Shown here one piece after another: positions 34,775-44,571 of a stretch of DNA of 64,000 bases. Position 1 is the stretch's first letter. Each line of letters opens with the position of its first letter. The stretch covers positions 10,217 to 74,216 of the forward strand of contig CBDUMD010000006.1 of NCBI GenBank assembly GCA_965368245.1, in the 5' to 3' direction. Made by a program: the position numbers and the translations under genes. The notes under the pieces were generated by a model, which made no database searches, was not told where the DNA came from, and saw only the letters and a list, made by a program, of their open reading frames with translations. Source of the stretch: an uncultured Thermoproteales archaeon. Its GTDB lineage: Archaea; Thermoproteota; Thermoprotei; Thermofilales; B20-G17.

Positions 34775-37075
34775 TCAGACATTCATTAAAGCCACAGTAT
34801 AAATGTTTTTATTTTTGAGTACTGCTTTAACGCTGTTGAATCCCTTATGGAGCACCATCCTTTTGATCTCAGAACCCTCCCGATCCAGTAAAGACAATTT
34901 TTGGGGATGGCTTGATCTAATGAACAAGGTTGCGTCAAGTTTATTGTTCTCCAAGACATGGTAGGATAAATCTATGTAAAGTCCCCTGTATTTAAGGTTT
35001 TTAACACCGTATCTTCCACCTATAGACATGAATTTAGATGGTAGATTAGGGTAGAGACGAAAGCCTTCACCATCGGTAAATAGGGTTTCCTGGAATCCCA
35101 GCAGGTATCTTAGCAGGATAACTATTGTAAAAGCCCCCCACCCGTAACCTTCAACCCCACCGAACTTAAGTTCAGGCCACTCCCACTTTTCGTAGCTGAC
35201 CCCCGGTAGTGGACGATTTCTTCTAAGTCTCCTGGAGTCCTCAGCCGAGTATATTATTGAAACCAATCTAAACGCCGTATCTGAAAGAAAATCGATTAAC
35301 GAACCCGTTTTTTCGCTAGCTTTTAACACTGCTTCGAAAAACGGATATGTGAGGGAAGGCCAGTCTAGAGTATTTACCCCGACAGACTTCCTAAAGCGTT
35401 TTAAGAGTAGTTGGGGATCTCGGAGAAGGTGGAGATATTTTTCTTCATCTACCAAATCCATAAATATAGGTGTCATATGCAGGGGGTCGGTGTAAGGGGT
35501 AAAATCCTCCTCTTTAAGATCGTAATCGTGGTACCATTCATGATGCCAAAGGACACTAAGCTTTGTTTTATACTTCTCCTCAATCTTACTCCAATAGTTG
35601 TCCTCTTTTTCTCCAAGTCCCAGTATTTTCGCATAGTATCTCATGCATCTAGCCGCATGCGCCATAACCGCCTGTAGCTCGACAACACGTATATGTTCTA
35701 TAGATTCCCCGCCCTTACCGCCCTTAATGCCATATCTAGGAGCATTGTCTTCGCCGCTCTCCCAACTACATTTATAGTGTAGAAATCCCTCTTCATCCAC
35801 CCTCTCTTCAAGCCACCAGACGAGGAAGCTCTTCCAGAGAGGATACATCTTCCTTAGCCAATCTACGTCACCGTTCCTCTCGTATATTAGTAGGTAGCTG
35901 TAGAAGGGTAAACACCATGCTGGCGAGGTTCCACAACGACTTCCATCGTCTGCAACCATGTTGAAAGTTCCATCAGCATGAACACAGGGGACGTTTGGTG
36001 CTAGAGCGTCACTGAAAAGCCCATATAAGACTTCTTTTGCTGTGGCTGGGTCGGAGTAGCTTAGCATTAGCATGTCGATAGAGGCTTCGGCAACCACGTT
36101 TCTCGGCCAGTTTACATGCATTATATCCCATTTGTGTTTAAACACGCCTCGAGACGGGAAAACCATCATTCTTAAGGTTTCAAAATCGTAGATGAAACCG
36201 TTTTTCCAGGATTCAGGCCAATCGCCAACCAGCTGTACACCCTTTTCCCAGAAGTCAGCATCCTCCCTTACCTTAGCTTCATATACTTCCCGTAGGTTAT
36301 TGAATAATTTAGATATCTTTTTGCATCCTCCATTCAAGTCCTCCGTTCTATGTAGTATTATAGCAAGCTTCTTTACAGAGTTAGCTGGAATCTCAAGCAT
36401 ATACTCCATTATCGCAGCAACGTAGTTTTGTGCATGCAGGTCCCTGCAACCCGGGCTGTATCCGCCTTTCGTTATGTTTCTAGTCTCTTTAAGGCTCCTT
36501 GAAAACAGTATCTTCTTTGGCCTTAAACTTCCAGACATAATTAAGTTGAGTCTTCTATCATAGTCGTCTTTTCCGAGGAGAGAAATGAAGGCACAGCCTA
36601 TTTCATCATTTATCCCTATTGACATGGATTTTCCTTTATATGACAAATCTCCTATTCCGTAGACGTTTATCGTCCTCATTTCCCCTGACTTGTTTTCGGC
36701 CGTAAATAGACAAACCAGAGTATTACCGTCGAGCAGGGTAAATGCACATTCAAATACTAGATCCTCATACTCCCATTTCTGGGAAATAATGTTTTTAGTA
36801 TGGTAGTTTGAATACAGTTCTACACCCTCTTCCTCAAAATCCTTCTGCATATGGAAAAGCTTGTCCCCTACACGTACAGCCACCCCTAGGCTGGCAATGT
36901 ATACTGCGTTTTTAGGGGTTATAAACCACCAGAAATTAACCAGCCATCCGAACCTCAAAGCCTCTAGCGATCTTACCACTCCACTGGGCTTCTTAGGCCA
37001 TACATGATCCACGTTTTGAAGTACACCAAAAGGCGTGAACTTACGTCCTTCCCAGATTGTGGAGAGAGTCTTCAT
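34775..37075 (-). CDS. GH63-like / MGH1-like (alpha/alpha)6 glycoside hydrolase, cytoplasmic
   Basis: The 766-aa ORF has no signal peptide. The clan GH-G pattern is CSWESGEDNAPRYG (compare W-E-S-G-M-D-N-S-P-R), with preceding helical repeats (PAWCLPFYSYLLIYERNGDVDWL). Confidence 0.6.
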   Translation of the reverse strand: MKTLSTIWEGRKFTPFGVLQNVDHVWPKKPSGVVRSLEALRFGWLVNFWWFITPKNAVYIASLGVAVRVGDKLFHMQKDFEEEGVELYSNYHTKNIISQKWEYEDLVFECAFTLLDGNTLVCLFTAENKSGEMRTINVYGIGDLSYKGKSMSIGINDEIGCAFISLLGKDDYDRRLNLIMSGSLRPKKILFSRSLKETRNITKGGYSPGCRDLHAQNYVAAIMEYMLEIPANSVKKLAIILHRTEDLNGGCKKISKLFNNLREVYEAKVREDADFWEKGVQLVGDWPESWKNGFIYDFETLRMMVFPSRGVFKHKWDIMHVNWPRNVVAEASIDMLMLSYSDPATAKEVLYGLFSDALAPNVPCVHADGTFNMVADDGSRCGTSPAWCLPFYSYLLIYERNGDVDWLRKMYPLWKSFLVWWLEERVDEEGFLHYKCSWESGEDNAPRYGIKGGKGGESIEHIRVVELQAVMAHAARCMRYYAKILGLGEKEDNYWSKIEEKYKTKLSVLWHHEWYHDYDLKEEDFTPYTDPLHMTPIFMDLVDEEKYLHLLRDPQLLLKRFRKSVGVNTLDWPSLTYPFFEAVLKASEKTGSLIDFLSDTAFRLVSIIYSAEDSRRLRRNRPLPGVSYEKWEWPELKFGGVEGYGWGAFTIVILLRYLLGFQETLFTDGEGFRLYPNLPSKFMSIGGRYGVKNLKYRGLYIDLSYHVLENNKLDATLFIRSSHPQKLSLLDREGSEIKRMVLHKGFNSVKAVLKNKNIYTVALMNV

Positions 37076-37153
37076 GAACTAACCTTAATCAACTGCCTCT
37101 ATAAAATTTACGCAAGGTAGCAGAAACACCATTAGATTCATCGTAAAAGCATC

Positions 37154-37765
37154 TTAATCGAGGCTTGACAGCAATTCTTTAAGCCGCCTTACCCTTCCTT
37201 GTACTGCTTCATTCTCCTTAAATTCCTTCGCTATCTTCGTTAAAAGGCGCTTTATCTTGCCTTTAAGATCGCTTCCAACAAGTTCATGTATTCTATTCCA
37301 GTCAATGATATCATAATATTGTGTCATAAGCCATAATGCATCTTCCAGATCCTTAAGCGATCCCAGTACAAGTACTTTAGCCACAATGTTCTCCTCTAGC
37401 CTGGCCATCTTTAAATCAACGCATTCTATGTGAACTTGTACAGCTGTATTTAATGTTTCAAAGTCTAGTCTATTTTTGGCTATCTTGAAGTCCAATCTAC
37501 ACTCCTCGGTTAAAACCGTGAAGTGTCCTTGATCCCTGTAGGCTCCCAAAGCCTCCTCTAACCTCAAATCATATCCCGCTCTCCTCAATCCTTCAACCAG
37601 TTTCTCTATCTCGTCGGGACTATTGATCTCTATAAGGTAATCCACGTCCTCGGTCACCCTTCTTACACCCATTAGAATACAAGCTACTCCTCCAACAAGC
37701 GTGTATCTAATTCCTATCCCATTCAATATACTGGCAACCCTTACTGCATGCTCCAAGAAGCTCAT
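37154..37765 (-). CDS. Minimal Pol-beta-fold nucleotidyltransferase-like protein
   Basis: LVGGVACILMGVRRVTEDVDYLI fits the G-[GS]-x9-13-D-x-D signature. It is 203 aa and overlaps the upstream 70-aa ORF by 4 nt (ATGA). Confidence 0.5.
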   Translation of the reverse strand: MSFLEHAVRVASILNGIGIRYTLVGGVACILMGVRRVTEDVDYLIEINSPDEIEKLVEGLRRAGYDLRLEEALGAYRDQGHFTVLTEECRLDFKIAKNRLDFETLNTAVQVHIECVDLKMARLEENIVAKVLVLGSLKDLEDALWLMTQYYDIIDWNRIHELVGSDLKGKIKRLLTKIAKEFKENEAVQGRVRRLKELLSSLD

Positions 37766-37974
37766 TTAAACAACTCCTCCTTAAACATTTTAATAAACTT
37801 GGTTTCACCTATCTTTCTAGCATAGAGTCGCACCAGCCAAGACATTATCCAGGCTGCTTCCACGTTTCCATGCTTAAGACCCAAATCTTCTTTAACTTTT
37901 CTTCTAGCTTCCTCTAGATTCTTAAGCCCCTTAATCCACTCTAAATTTTTCTCGATAATTTCCTGGTAATTCAT
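37762..37974 (-). CDS. Small helical protein translationally coupled to the nucleotidyltransferase-like gene
   Basis: The 70-aa ORF starts with ATG, and its stop overlaps the downstream start. No family was recognised and no HEPN Rx4-6H motif is present. Confidence 0.4.
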   Translation of the reverse strand: MNYQEIIEKNLEWIKGLKNLEEARRKVKEDLGLKHGNVEAAWIMSWLVRLYARKIGETKFIKMFKEELFK

Positions 37975-38057
37975 ACTACTACAAAACTGTTACTTCACCA
38001 TTAATATAAGGCTAATTATTTTCTTGAAATACTGTAAAGCTGCTTTAAATGGGAATA

Positions 38058-38528
38058 TCAAATATAAAATATTTTTAGCTTGAGTATTGAATTACCCCAA
38101 TCGTCTATTCTCCAGGCAGCCAGTTTCGGCTCTAATCCTGGTTTGTAGGCTATAATTAACCATACTTCGCCCGGGCACTCCATCATCCTATGTCTATCAC
38201 TTAAGGAGGGTAGAGGACTCTCCCTGTTGTGGCTGTGAAATAATCCTATATACTGGTACCCCCTTTTCCTGCCCTGAATTATCTTCTCCATCCACTCTAG
38301 TTCACTAAACCAGAAGGCTTTACTAGATGCAAGGATATTTCTAAGTTCGTCAACATAAGTTACACGGGCTGTTTCACCCTTAATCTCGCCCATTAATATT
38401 CCGCAAGCCTCTATAGGGAATTTATCGGCTATTATTTTAACGATAAAGTCTACAACCTGGCGAGGTAGAAGTACGCTATATATCTTCAATGGAAAACCGA
38501 AAACCGTCCCCTCAACAACATCGTCCAT
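38058..38528 (-). CDS. JAB/MPN (JAMM) metalloprotease
   Basis: The JAMM motif is complete: the Glu in PIEACGILMGE and HSHNRESPLPSLSD, which equals H-x-H-x7-S-x2-D. It is 156 aa. Confidence 0.8.
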   Translation of the reverse strand: MDDVVEGTVFGFPLKIYSVLLPRQVVDFIVKIIADKFPIEACGILMGEIKGETARVTYVDELRNILASSKAFWFSELEWMEKIIQGRKRGYQYIGLFHSHNRESPLPSLSDRHRMMECPGEVWLIIAYKPGLEPKLAAWRIDDWGNSILKLKIFYI

Positions 38529-38625
38529 AACTATGTTACCAGCTCCCCTTAAGAAATATCTTCATAGGCTTTAATTATCTATCGGCTTAAAAGTGTTCAA
38601 AGTAGTAAAGTAAAAGTATTTCAGA

Positions 38626-41004
38626 TCAAGGTGTCATGTTTTTACGGGACTGAAGTATTATGGCAAAAACTATACCTGCTATAACTGCCGCTATAAGTAT
38701 AAATGTTGGTAGGGTTTTAAGCAGAGGATTTTCCCTCACCTCGGCGAAGACAAGCTCCCTACTTTCTGAAACGTAGGTATTACCTTTCTTGCCTAACAAT
38801 ATTACCTCATACCTTATTTTCGTTGTATCCCTGCCTGGAATGTATGCTGAAAAGGTGTTTCCACTGTTTTTAACCATGGATTTCATAAATGGAGACGAAC
38901 CATTTAAAGTATATTTTATCCATACAGCTTGTACGCTTGAGGAATCCTCCACCTCTACCGTTATGTTTAACCCGTATAGATTTATCGCTTTATTTCCCTC
39001 CCTTATTCTCATTTCAATGAATTTTTCATGGATTTCCTTGATGGCTAAATCCTCGTGTTCAGGATCCGTTCCCACGTATAGGATTCCATAGGTTAATGCT
39101 GGCTTATAGTTTTCGTTACCATTATGGTAGAAAGCAATATCGTATATCCCCTGCTTCAACGGGGGTAAGGTGAATACAGCAACCCCGTTTGCATCGGTTT
39201 TTGCCACATCCATCTCCCGCCATCCAGCATCCGTTTTAACGCTAATTTTCGTCTCAACCCCTGTAACTGGATTTCCATGTTCATCGACGAGCCTAACCGT
39301 TATATTGGACGATACCCCGGGATCGACCTTAACTGGAGTATACTCGAAATACGTGTTTAAGCCTCTGAGCACTAGGAGGGGGTCGCCGTATATCACTACC
39401 CCGAGCCCCCAGCTATGTTTAACGGAATTTATGTAAAAGCGAGTCTGCTGGGTCCAAGGATCATCGGTAAACCTGTAGTTAAGCCAATATAGGAAAGAAT
39501 CCCCTATGTTGAGCCCTTCACCCAGCTTCCAGTAGAACATCCAGGCTTCAAGTATACCTTCGCTCTTGGTAGATCCTATAGTGGTCAAAGTATATCCGTC
39601 GCCTATTATAAAGCTTAGTGCATGACAATAGCTTTCATTGAAGTTCGCAAAACCACATGTAGACATGACGTACACCAGGCTTCCAGGTTTAAGTCTACGT
39701 GACCCTTCATGGTTCCTTCCCTCAAAGCTTTCGCCCCCTCCCCCGGCAAATGAAAATCCTCCATGTATCCAGCCAGTGGTCAACTCGTATCCCGAGAGAA
39801 GATAGTGTTTAAATTCCATGCCATGAATAGAGTAATCGCTTTCAAAACCCCCTATAACATCCACCCTTGAATAATTCTTGTATACAGTTAGCACTTCATC
39901 AGCGAGATCAGCTACCCATGCTCTCCAATCCTTATCGGATGCAACTAAGGCTCTATGTGGTATCCTTATTAAACCAGCGTAGTAGGCATGTAGCTTTTCA
40001 AAGTATTTTTGAAGATAACTTATGGGGAAGGCTGAGGGAGGACGTATCATCGCCACCCATATTTCAAGTCCATTAGTGTTGTTCCACCAGTCTATCCACC
40101 CTCTTTCATTAAAGTGGAAATATCCGTCAAGATCCTCGTAGTATCGGGTGGAATAATATGAATAGGTTTTATTGTCATCGGTTACCCCGCCCATCAGCGG
40201 GAAAGGCATGTTTCCCACAAGTATAGCACCTTTAACCCTGGGTGTTGTATTGAAGTATAGTTGACGAAGAAGGTTTCTGACTTCATGTATGTTTTTAAAG
40301 GAGCCTGTAAACACCCTTATTTCTGTCCCATACTTGAAGCCTACATCTCTGATATATGTGTCAATCCACTTTTTAAGCAGCTTATACTCGTTTGTTTTAA
40401 CAAGTAAAGCCACAAAGCCTTCTTTAAGTATTTGGGAGGGCATCTGAGAAAGCTTTATCTTAACATAAGGATGATAGAGGTTGTTCATCCAGTTAAACCA
40501 TTCGCCTTTCTCAAGTATAGTCACATTGTAGGTTATCTCTATCTCAAACTCGTTGCATCCACAGGTATGAGGCCAATGGGCGAAGGCTAACGTGTAGTTT
40601 CCAGCCCTCATCCTCCAGACTAATGTAGGATTTTGCATGTGCTGTGTCTGGGCTACGAGAGGAGTATACTTGGCCCACCATTCGGTTTCATCATATGGAA
40701 TATAACCTGTCCATATTTCAATAGTGAAATCAGTATGGTTGCCCGTATCCGCTGATATTATGACAATTTTGCCTTCAAGTTCCTTGGGTATGTGCCACCA
40801 TACTATTCCTAAAACAACATCACCAACCTTGCTTATCGGTTTTGGCCCTACCCTACACTTATATGTACCGTTAGAAGGAATAACAATTTTTTCGTTAGAT
40901 GCCGCGACAGTCGTATAGAACTGTCTTAAATCTTCGTTAACAACTGAGGGAATATAGATTGAAAAAATAATTATCAGAAGAATGAGAACAATGCTCTTGT
41001 TCAT
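38626..41004 (-). CDS. Large surface protein with signal peptide and C-terminal TM anchor; possible clan-CD (C25-like) peptidase core plus Ig-like domains
   Basis: It has a signal peptide (MNKSIVLILLIIIFSIYIPSVVNE) and a C-terminal anchor (LPTFILIAAVIAGIVFAIILQSRKN). A CarboxypepD_reg/Ig-like segment is present (ITVRLVDEHGNPVTGVETKISVKTDAGWREMDVAKTDANGVAVF). A candidate His-Gly (TTGWIHGG) and a Cys after a hydrophobic strand (LVYVMSTCGF) suggest a dyad. The peptidase call is tentative. Confidence 0.45.
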   Translation of the reverse strand: MNKSIVLILLIIIFSIYIPSVVNEDLRQFYTTVAASNEKIVIPSNGTYKCRVGPKPISKVGDVVLGIVWWHIPKELEGKIVIISADTGNHTDFTIEIWTGYIPYDETEWWAKYTPLVAQTQHMQNPTLVWRMRAGNYTLAFAHWPHTCGCNEFEIEITYNVTILEKGEWFNWMNNLYHPYVKIKLSQMPSQILKEGFVALLVKTNEYKLLKKWIDTYIRDVGFKYGTEIRVFTGSFKNIHEVRNLLRQLYFNTTPRVKGAILVGNMPFPLMGGVTDDNKTYSYYSTRYYEDLDGYFHFNERGWIDWWNNTNGLEIWVAMIRPPSAFPISYLQKYFEKLHAYYAGLIRIPHRALVASDKDWRAWVADLADEVLTVYKNYSRVDVIGGFESDYSIHGMEFKHYLLSGYELTTGWIHGGFSFAGGGGESFEGRNHEGSRRLKPGSLVYVMSTCGFANFNESYCHALSFIIGDGYTLTTIGSTKSEGILEAWMFYWKLGEGLNIGDSFLYWLNYRFTDDPWTQQTRFYINSVKHSWGLGVVIYGDPLLVLRGLNTYFEYTPVKVDPGVSSNITVRLVDEHGNPVTGVETKISVKTDAGWREMDVAKTDANGVAVFTLPPLKQGIYDIAFYHNGNENYKPALTYGILYVGTDPEHEDLAIKEIHEKFIEMRIREGNKAINLYGLNITVEVEDSSSVQAVWIKYTLNGSSPFMKSMVKNSGNTFSAYIPGRDTTKIRYEVILLGKKGNTYVSESRELVFAEVRENPLLKTLPTFILIAAVIAGIVFAIILQSRKNMTP

Positions 41005-41072
41005 GTTTCAATCCCAAAAAATATTAGCGTTTCAGAGGATTTTTAAGTCTTGCGAAAAACTGTCCAATGAGG

Positions 41073-43247
41073 CTAACCGACCTTTATTTTTAGACCTACA
41101 CTTCCACACGGTCTAAGGTCTAGAGCCTCCTCGATGACAGAAGTTTCCTTACCTCCGGCTCCGGGCTGTATAACTCTAAACTTTATTTTTAAAGGCTTGT
41201 TTGAAAGGTTCTCAGCCTCTACTTTCAATATGCTTCTGGAAAGTCTCTTGATCACAAAGTTCAAACTATGGTCCCTAAACCTTAGGTTTCTGAGGGATAT
41301 TTTATCCCAGCTCTCTGGTACACGTATTTCAAGCACCAGGGCCCCTGTTTTAGCATCAGGTTTTAACCCTAGTATACCTTCAGTCAAAAGGTGTATAACA
41401 GGTGCCGATGAAAAACCTTGTATAAACTGTCCCTTCTCTCGACTACAATCATATTCATAATATTCATTGATTTTACCTGGATCAGAGGCTTTATAAGCCA
41501 ACTCAACTAATGATTTAAGAAGCTTATATCCGAGGTCGAATACGCCGTACTTAAGTGCACTTAAACCTACTATCCAGGTGTATAGGGGCCATACAGAACC
41601 CTCATAGTATCCTTCTTTAATCCTACCAGTATATCTGAAGATCCTTACACCACAATCCGTTACTAGGTCGGATTTTTCTATGACCTCTAAAACCCGTCTA
41701 CCCCTCTCAGGGGAAGTTAACTCAAAGAACAAAGGTAATGCATCATAAGGTGCTGGAATAATCTCCGGTTTAGGGTGAAGCCTATCATAATAGAATCCCT
41801 CGCTTTCACTCCAAAAAGCCTCCTCAAACCTCCTATGTAGATCCTCGTAGAGTTGCCTGTACGCCTTAGCCTTCGCTTCATCACCTAAGACCTTTGCAAT
41901 AAGCGAGACAGCTTTCAATGCTAGGATTCGAAGTGCATTGACCTCCATGCACGCCCCTTTCCGCTTCCCTGCAGTTATTTCGTCCCAAGCTATCAGCATT
42001 TTCTCTGGAAAAACCTCTATGAAACCGTCACCGTCGGTGTCGAGGCTCTCAAGGAACTCTAGGGCTTTCAATATTCTTTCATAGTTTCTCTCTAAAAGTC
42101 CTTTGTCTCCACTCCAAAGATATGTATGCCAGAGAGCAAGGATCCAGAGGGGTGTAGCGGAGACGTGCATATAGCCCGTGTAGAGCCCGCGACTATTGAC
42201 CTCAGGTATTAAGACGAGTTCATGAGGTATCTGTCCATTCTCCTTTGAATAAGCTGCCATAGTCTCCAGATGTTTCTTGGATAAATCGCTTAACCCAATG
42301 GTGTTGGCAGCATGGGCTAGTAGCGCTCCATCACCTGTAAAAAACCATGTAAACCTGGGTATTCCAGCGAACCATCCTTCACCAACACTTGTGTGAGAAA
42401 AGAGGAGCAGTAGTACATATTTTGATGTCAAGTACACCTTGTTGAGCCTGGGGTCAGGAGTCTCTATTGTAAGGGTGTTGGAAAGCATTTCTTCATAATA
42501 GCTTGTTACTAGCCTAAATTCCTCCTCCCAGTTTTTATAGGCGTATGCGAAGTTTTCCTCCGCCTCTTTTAAATCCCTCCCAGCCGCAACAATTAACACT
42601 AGATCCTCGCCTTCTTTAGCTTTGGAAATTATACTGAAATTCCCCTTTCTAGAGACTTTACATTCCGAAGTATCGGTGAAGCCTGTGGTTACATGTATCT
42701 GCTTAGAGCTGAACACTACATGTTTACGGTCATCCTCAATGATACTATATTTCTCTAGGGGTATTTCCCCCCAAGGCCACATGTAACGGAAACCGGTTTC
42801 ACCTTCAACAACTAGCTCCAAAACACATCCCTTTCCCCCCTTAATCCTGAAAACAATGTAGAGAATCGGCTTATCCAGCGATATGTAATCTATTCTCTCG
42901 ATCTTAACCCCGTTTATAGAATAGAGGTGCCCCTTCCAGCCCAGTCCACTAACGTATTTTACTGCATTTTTACTAAGTGGTATACATCCATCATCAGTGT
43001 ATAAACTAATGTTTAATCTTCTGATACACCGTAAAAAATCGTACCAGAAGCCTATTCTATCCCTTCCCTCTCCCTCACCTTTTATCTGTTCTACTCGCCC
43101 ATCTTGAAACGACACAAAAAAGGCCACATGACCTTTGACCGCCGAGAGCCCATTAAAGTCCTTTTCCTTCACCCATAACGATGGATGTTCAGTATTATAG
43201 GATTCATTGGATTTCTCGAGAATATCCCAAGCTTCCTTCAGAAGCAA
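41073..43247 (-). CDS. Amylo-alpha-1,6-glucosidase / GDE_C-type (alpha/alpha)6 glycoside hydrolase
   Basis: GDE_C-like motifs are present: WFAGIPRFTWFFTGDGAL, NGQIPHEL, LIAWDEITAGKRKGACMEVNAL and GSVWPLYTW. No signal peptide is visible. The start is uncertain, since the track start is TTG and there is no nearby ATG. Confidence 0.6.
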   Translation of the reverse strand: MLLKEAWDILEKSNESYNTEHPSLWVKEKDFNGLSAVKGHVAFFVSFQDGRVEQIKGEGEGRDRIGFWYDFLRCIRRLNISLYTDDGCIPLSKNAVKYVSGLGWKGHLYSINGVKIERIDYISLDKPILYIVFRIKGGKGCVLELVVEGETGFRYMWPWGEIPLEKYSIIEDDRKHVVFSSKQIHVTTGFTDTSECKVSRKGNFSIISKAKEGEDLVLIVAAGRDLKEAEENFAYAYKNWEEEFRLVTSYYEEMLSNTLTIETPDPRLNKVYLTSKYVLLLLFSHTSVGEGWFAGIPRFTWFFTGDGALLAHAANTIGLSDLSKKHLETMAAYSKENGQIPHELVLIPEVNSRGLYTGYMHVSATPLWILALWHTYLWSGDKGLLERNYERILKALEFLESLDTDGDGFIEVFPEKMLIAWDEITAGKRKGACMEVNALRILALKAVSLIAKVLGDEAKAKAYRQLYEDLHRRFEEAFWSESEGFYYDRLHPKPEIIPAPYDALPLFFELTSPERGRRVLEVIEKSDLVTDCGVRIFRYTGRIKEGYYEGSVWPLYTWIVGLSALKYGVFDLGYKLLKSLVELAYKASDPGKINEYYEYDCSREKGQFIQGFSSAPVIHLLTEGILGLKPDAKTGALVLEIRVPESWDKISLRNLRFRDHSLNFVIKRLSRSILKVEAENLSNKPLKIKFRVIQPGAGGKETSVIEEALDLRPCGSVGLKIKVG

Positions 43248-43508
43248 ATCTCTTACCCAATCAAACTTTTGTCCGGAAAACTATAAAATATTTTAGCCAA
43301 AGTGCTTCACAGTAGGCTCCACGTAACTGGAATATTAAATATCTACGCCCCTGAAGGTTGTCGGTAGAGTTGCTCCAGGAAGGTTTTTAACCCAGTTGTC
43401 TATATAATTGCCAGGAGTATTAGAGGGATTTAACCCAAATGGAAGTCAAGACAACTTGTATTAAATCTGAATTATCATAGAAGCCAGGGATGCTAGGGGC
43501 GGTTCGCC

Positions 43509-44489
43509 ATGTTTGTTATATGGTTAATAACCTCTAGATGCAACCTCAACTGTTCACACTGTTACGTGAAGGGAAGGGATCTAGGGCAAGAACTTCCTCC
43601 AAATGAAGCTCTTACATTAGCAGAAAAAATAGTGGAGCTGGGCGCCGACTCGGTTAACATTACTGGTGGCGAGCCTCTACTCCGAAGAGATCTTTTTAAG
43701 ATTATAGATTACTTTAGAGAACATGGTCTCAGAGTGTCGGTGTTCAGCAACCTTACACTTCTCACTGAAAAAATAGCCAGAAATCTTGCTAGACGGGAAA
43801 TCACCATCTATACAAGTATAGATGGAGCGCGACCGGAGACACATGAGCTGATAAGGGGAAGAGGCACGTGGCATCCTACAATGAAAGGTATAAGGATGCT
43901 GATAGATCTAGGGGTTACTGTACGCTCATGCTTCACCATAACTAAATACAATTACAGAGAGGCTGGAGATTATCTTGTATTCTCGAGGGATCTAGGAGTT
44001 GATTACATGTCCCTGATACCAGTTATACCTTCAACTAAGAGAGCTAAAAACGCTATGCCATCTAACAAACAAGTGTATGAAGCAATAAAACTCGCTGAAA
44101 ATACAGCAAAAAACGAAGATATATATGCTTCAATATGGTGTGCACCGTTCGCCGGACTATATGTTTCTGATAAACACCTTTACGTAGGGAAGTGTCCAGC
44201 ATACACCACCCTAGATGTCGGGCCGGATGGACGGGTGCTTTTGTGCGATACATTGGATTTAACCATAGGGAACATTCTTACCGATAAACCTGATAAAATC
44301 ATAGAAGACTATAAACATCATCCACTAGAAGCTAGATCACCTATACCCATAGCCTGTAATAACTGTGCCATCAAGATGGATTGCCAAGGAGGATGTATTG
44401 CTAGAAGGTTGCTTTTAAAGAACTTAGATTACCGCGACCCGCTCTGCAGTTCATTTCAATATAATGATTTCCTTAAAAATGCTGGCTAA
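43509..44489 (+). CDS. Radical SAM enzyme with C-terminal SPASM-like Cys cluster
   Basis: The CxxxCxxC motif lies at the N-terminus (SRCNLNCSHCY). A GGEPLL SAM-binding motif is present. The C-terminal cluster is CDTLDL...ACNNCAIKMDCQGGCIARR. Confidence 0.75.
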   Translation: MFVIWLITSRCNLNCSHCYVKGRDLGQELPPNEALTLAEKIVELGADSVNITGGEPLLRRDLFKIIDYFREHGLRVSVFSNLTLLTEKIARNLARREITIYTSIDGARPETHELIRGRGTWHPTMKGIRMLIDLGVTVRSCFTITKYNYREAGDYLVFSRDLGVDYMSLIPVIPSTKRAKNAMPSNKQVYEAIKLAENTAKNEDIYASIWCAPFAGLYVSDKHLYVGKCPAYTTLDVGPDGRVLLCDTLDLTIGNILTDKPDKIIEDYKHHPLEARSPIPIACNNCAIKMDCQGGCIARRLLLKNLDYRDPLCSSFQYNDFLKNAG

Positions 44490-44571
44490 ATATAGTGTCT
44501 AGACCTCGTTTTCTATCACACTTTTGCTTTGATAGATGATATATCATAAGTGGATTCAAGGACGCCGAATT

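Noticed and set aside
37154-38528. CBASS-like defence module (nucleotidyltransferase plus JAB/Cap3-like protease)
   Set aside because: The NTase-like protein is only 203 aa, far smaller than CD-NTases. There is no E1/E2 (Cap2) gene and no effector. The JAMM gene is separated and has its own upstream spacer.
43439-43480. 13-codon ORF (MEVKTTCIKSELS) downstream of a TATA box as a RiPP precursor for the radical-SAM/SPASM enzyme
   Set aside because: It is too short and has a single Cys. There is no leader-like region and no way to test conservation here. It is more simply part of the 5' UTR of the radical-SAM gene.
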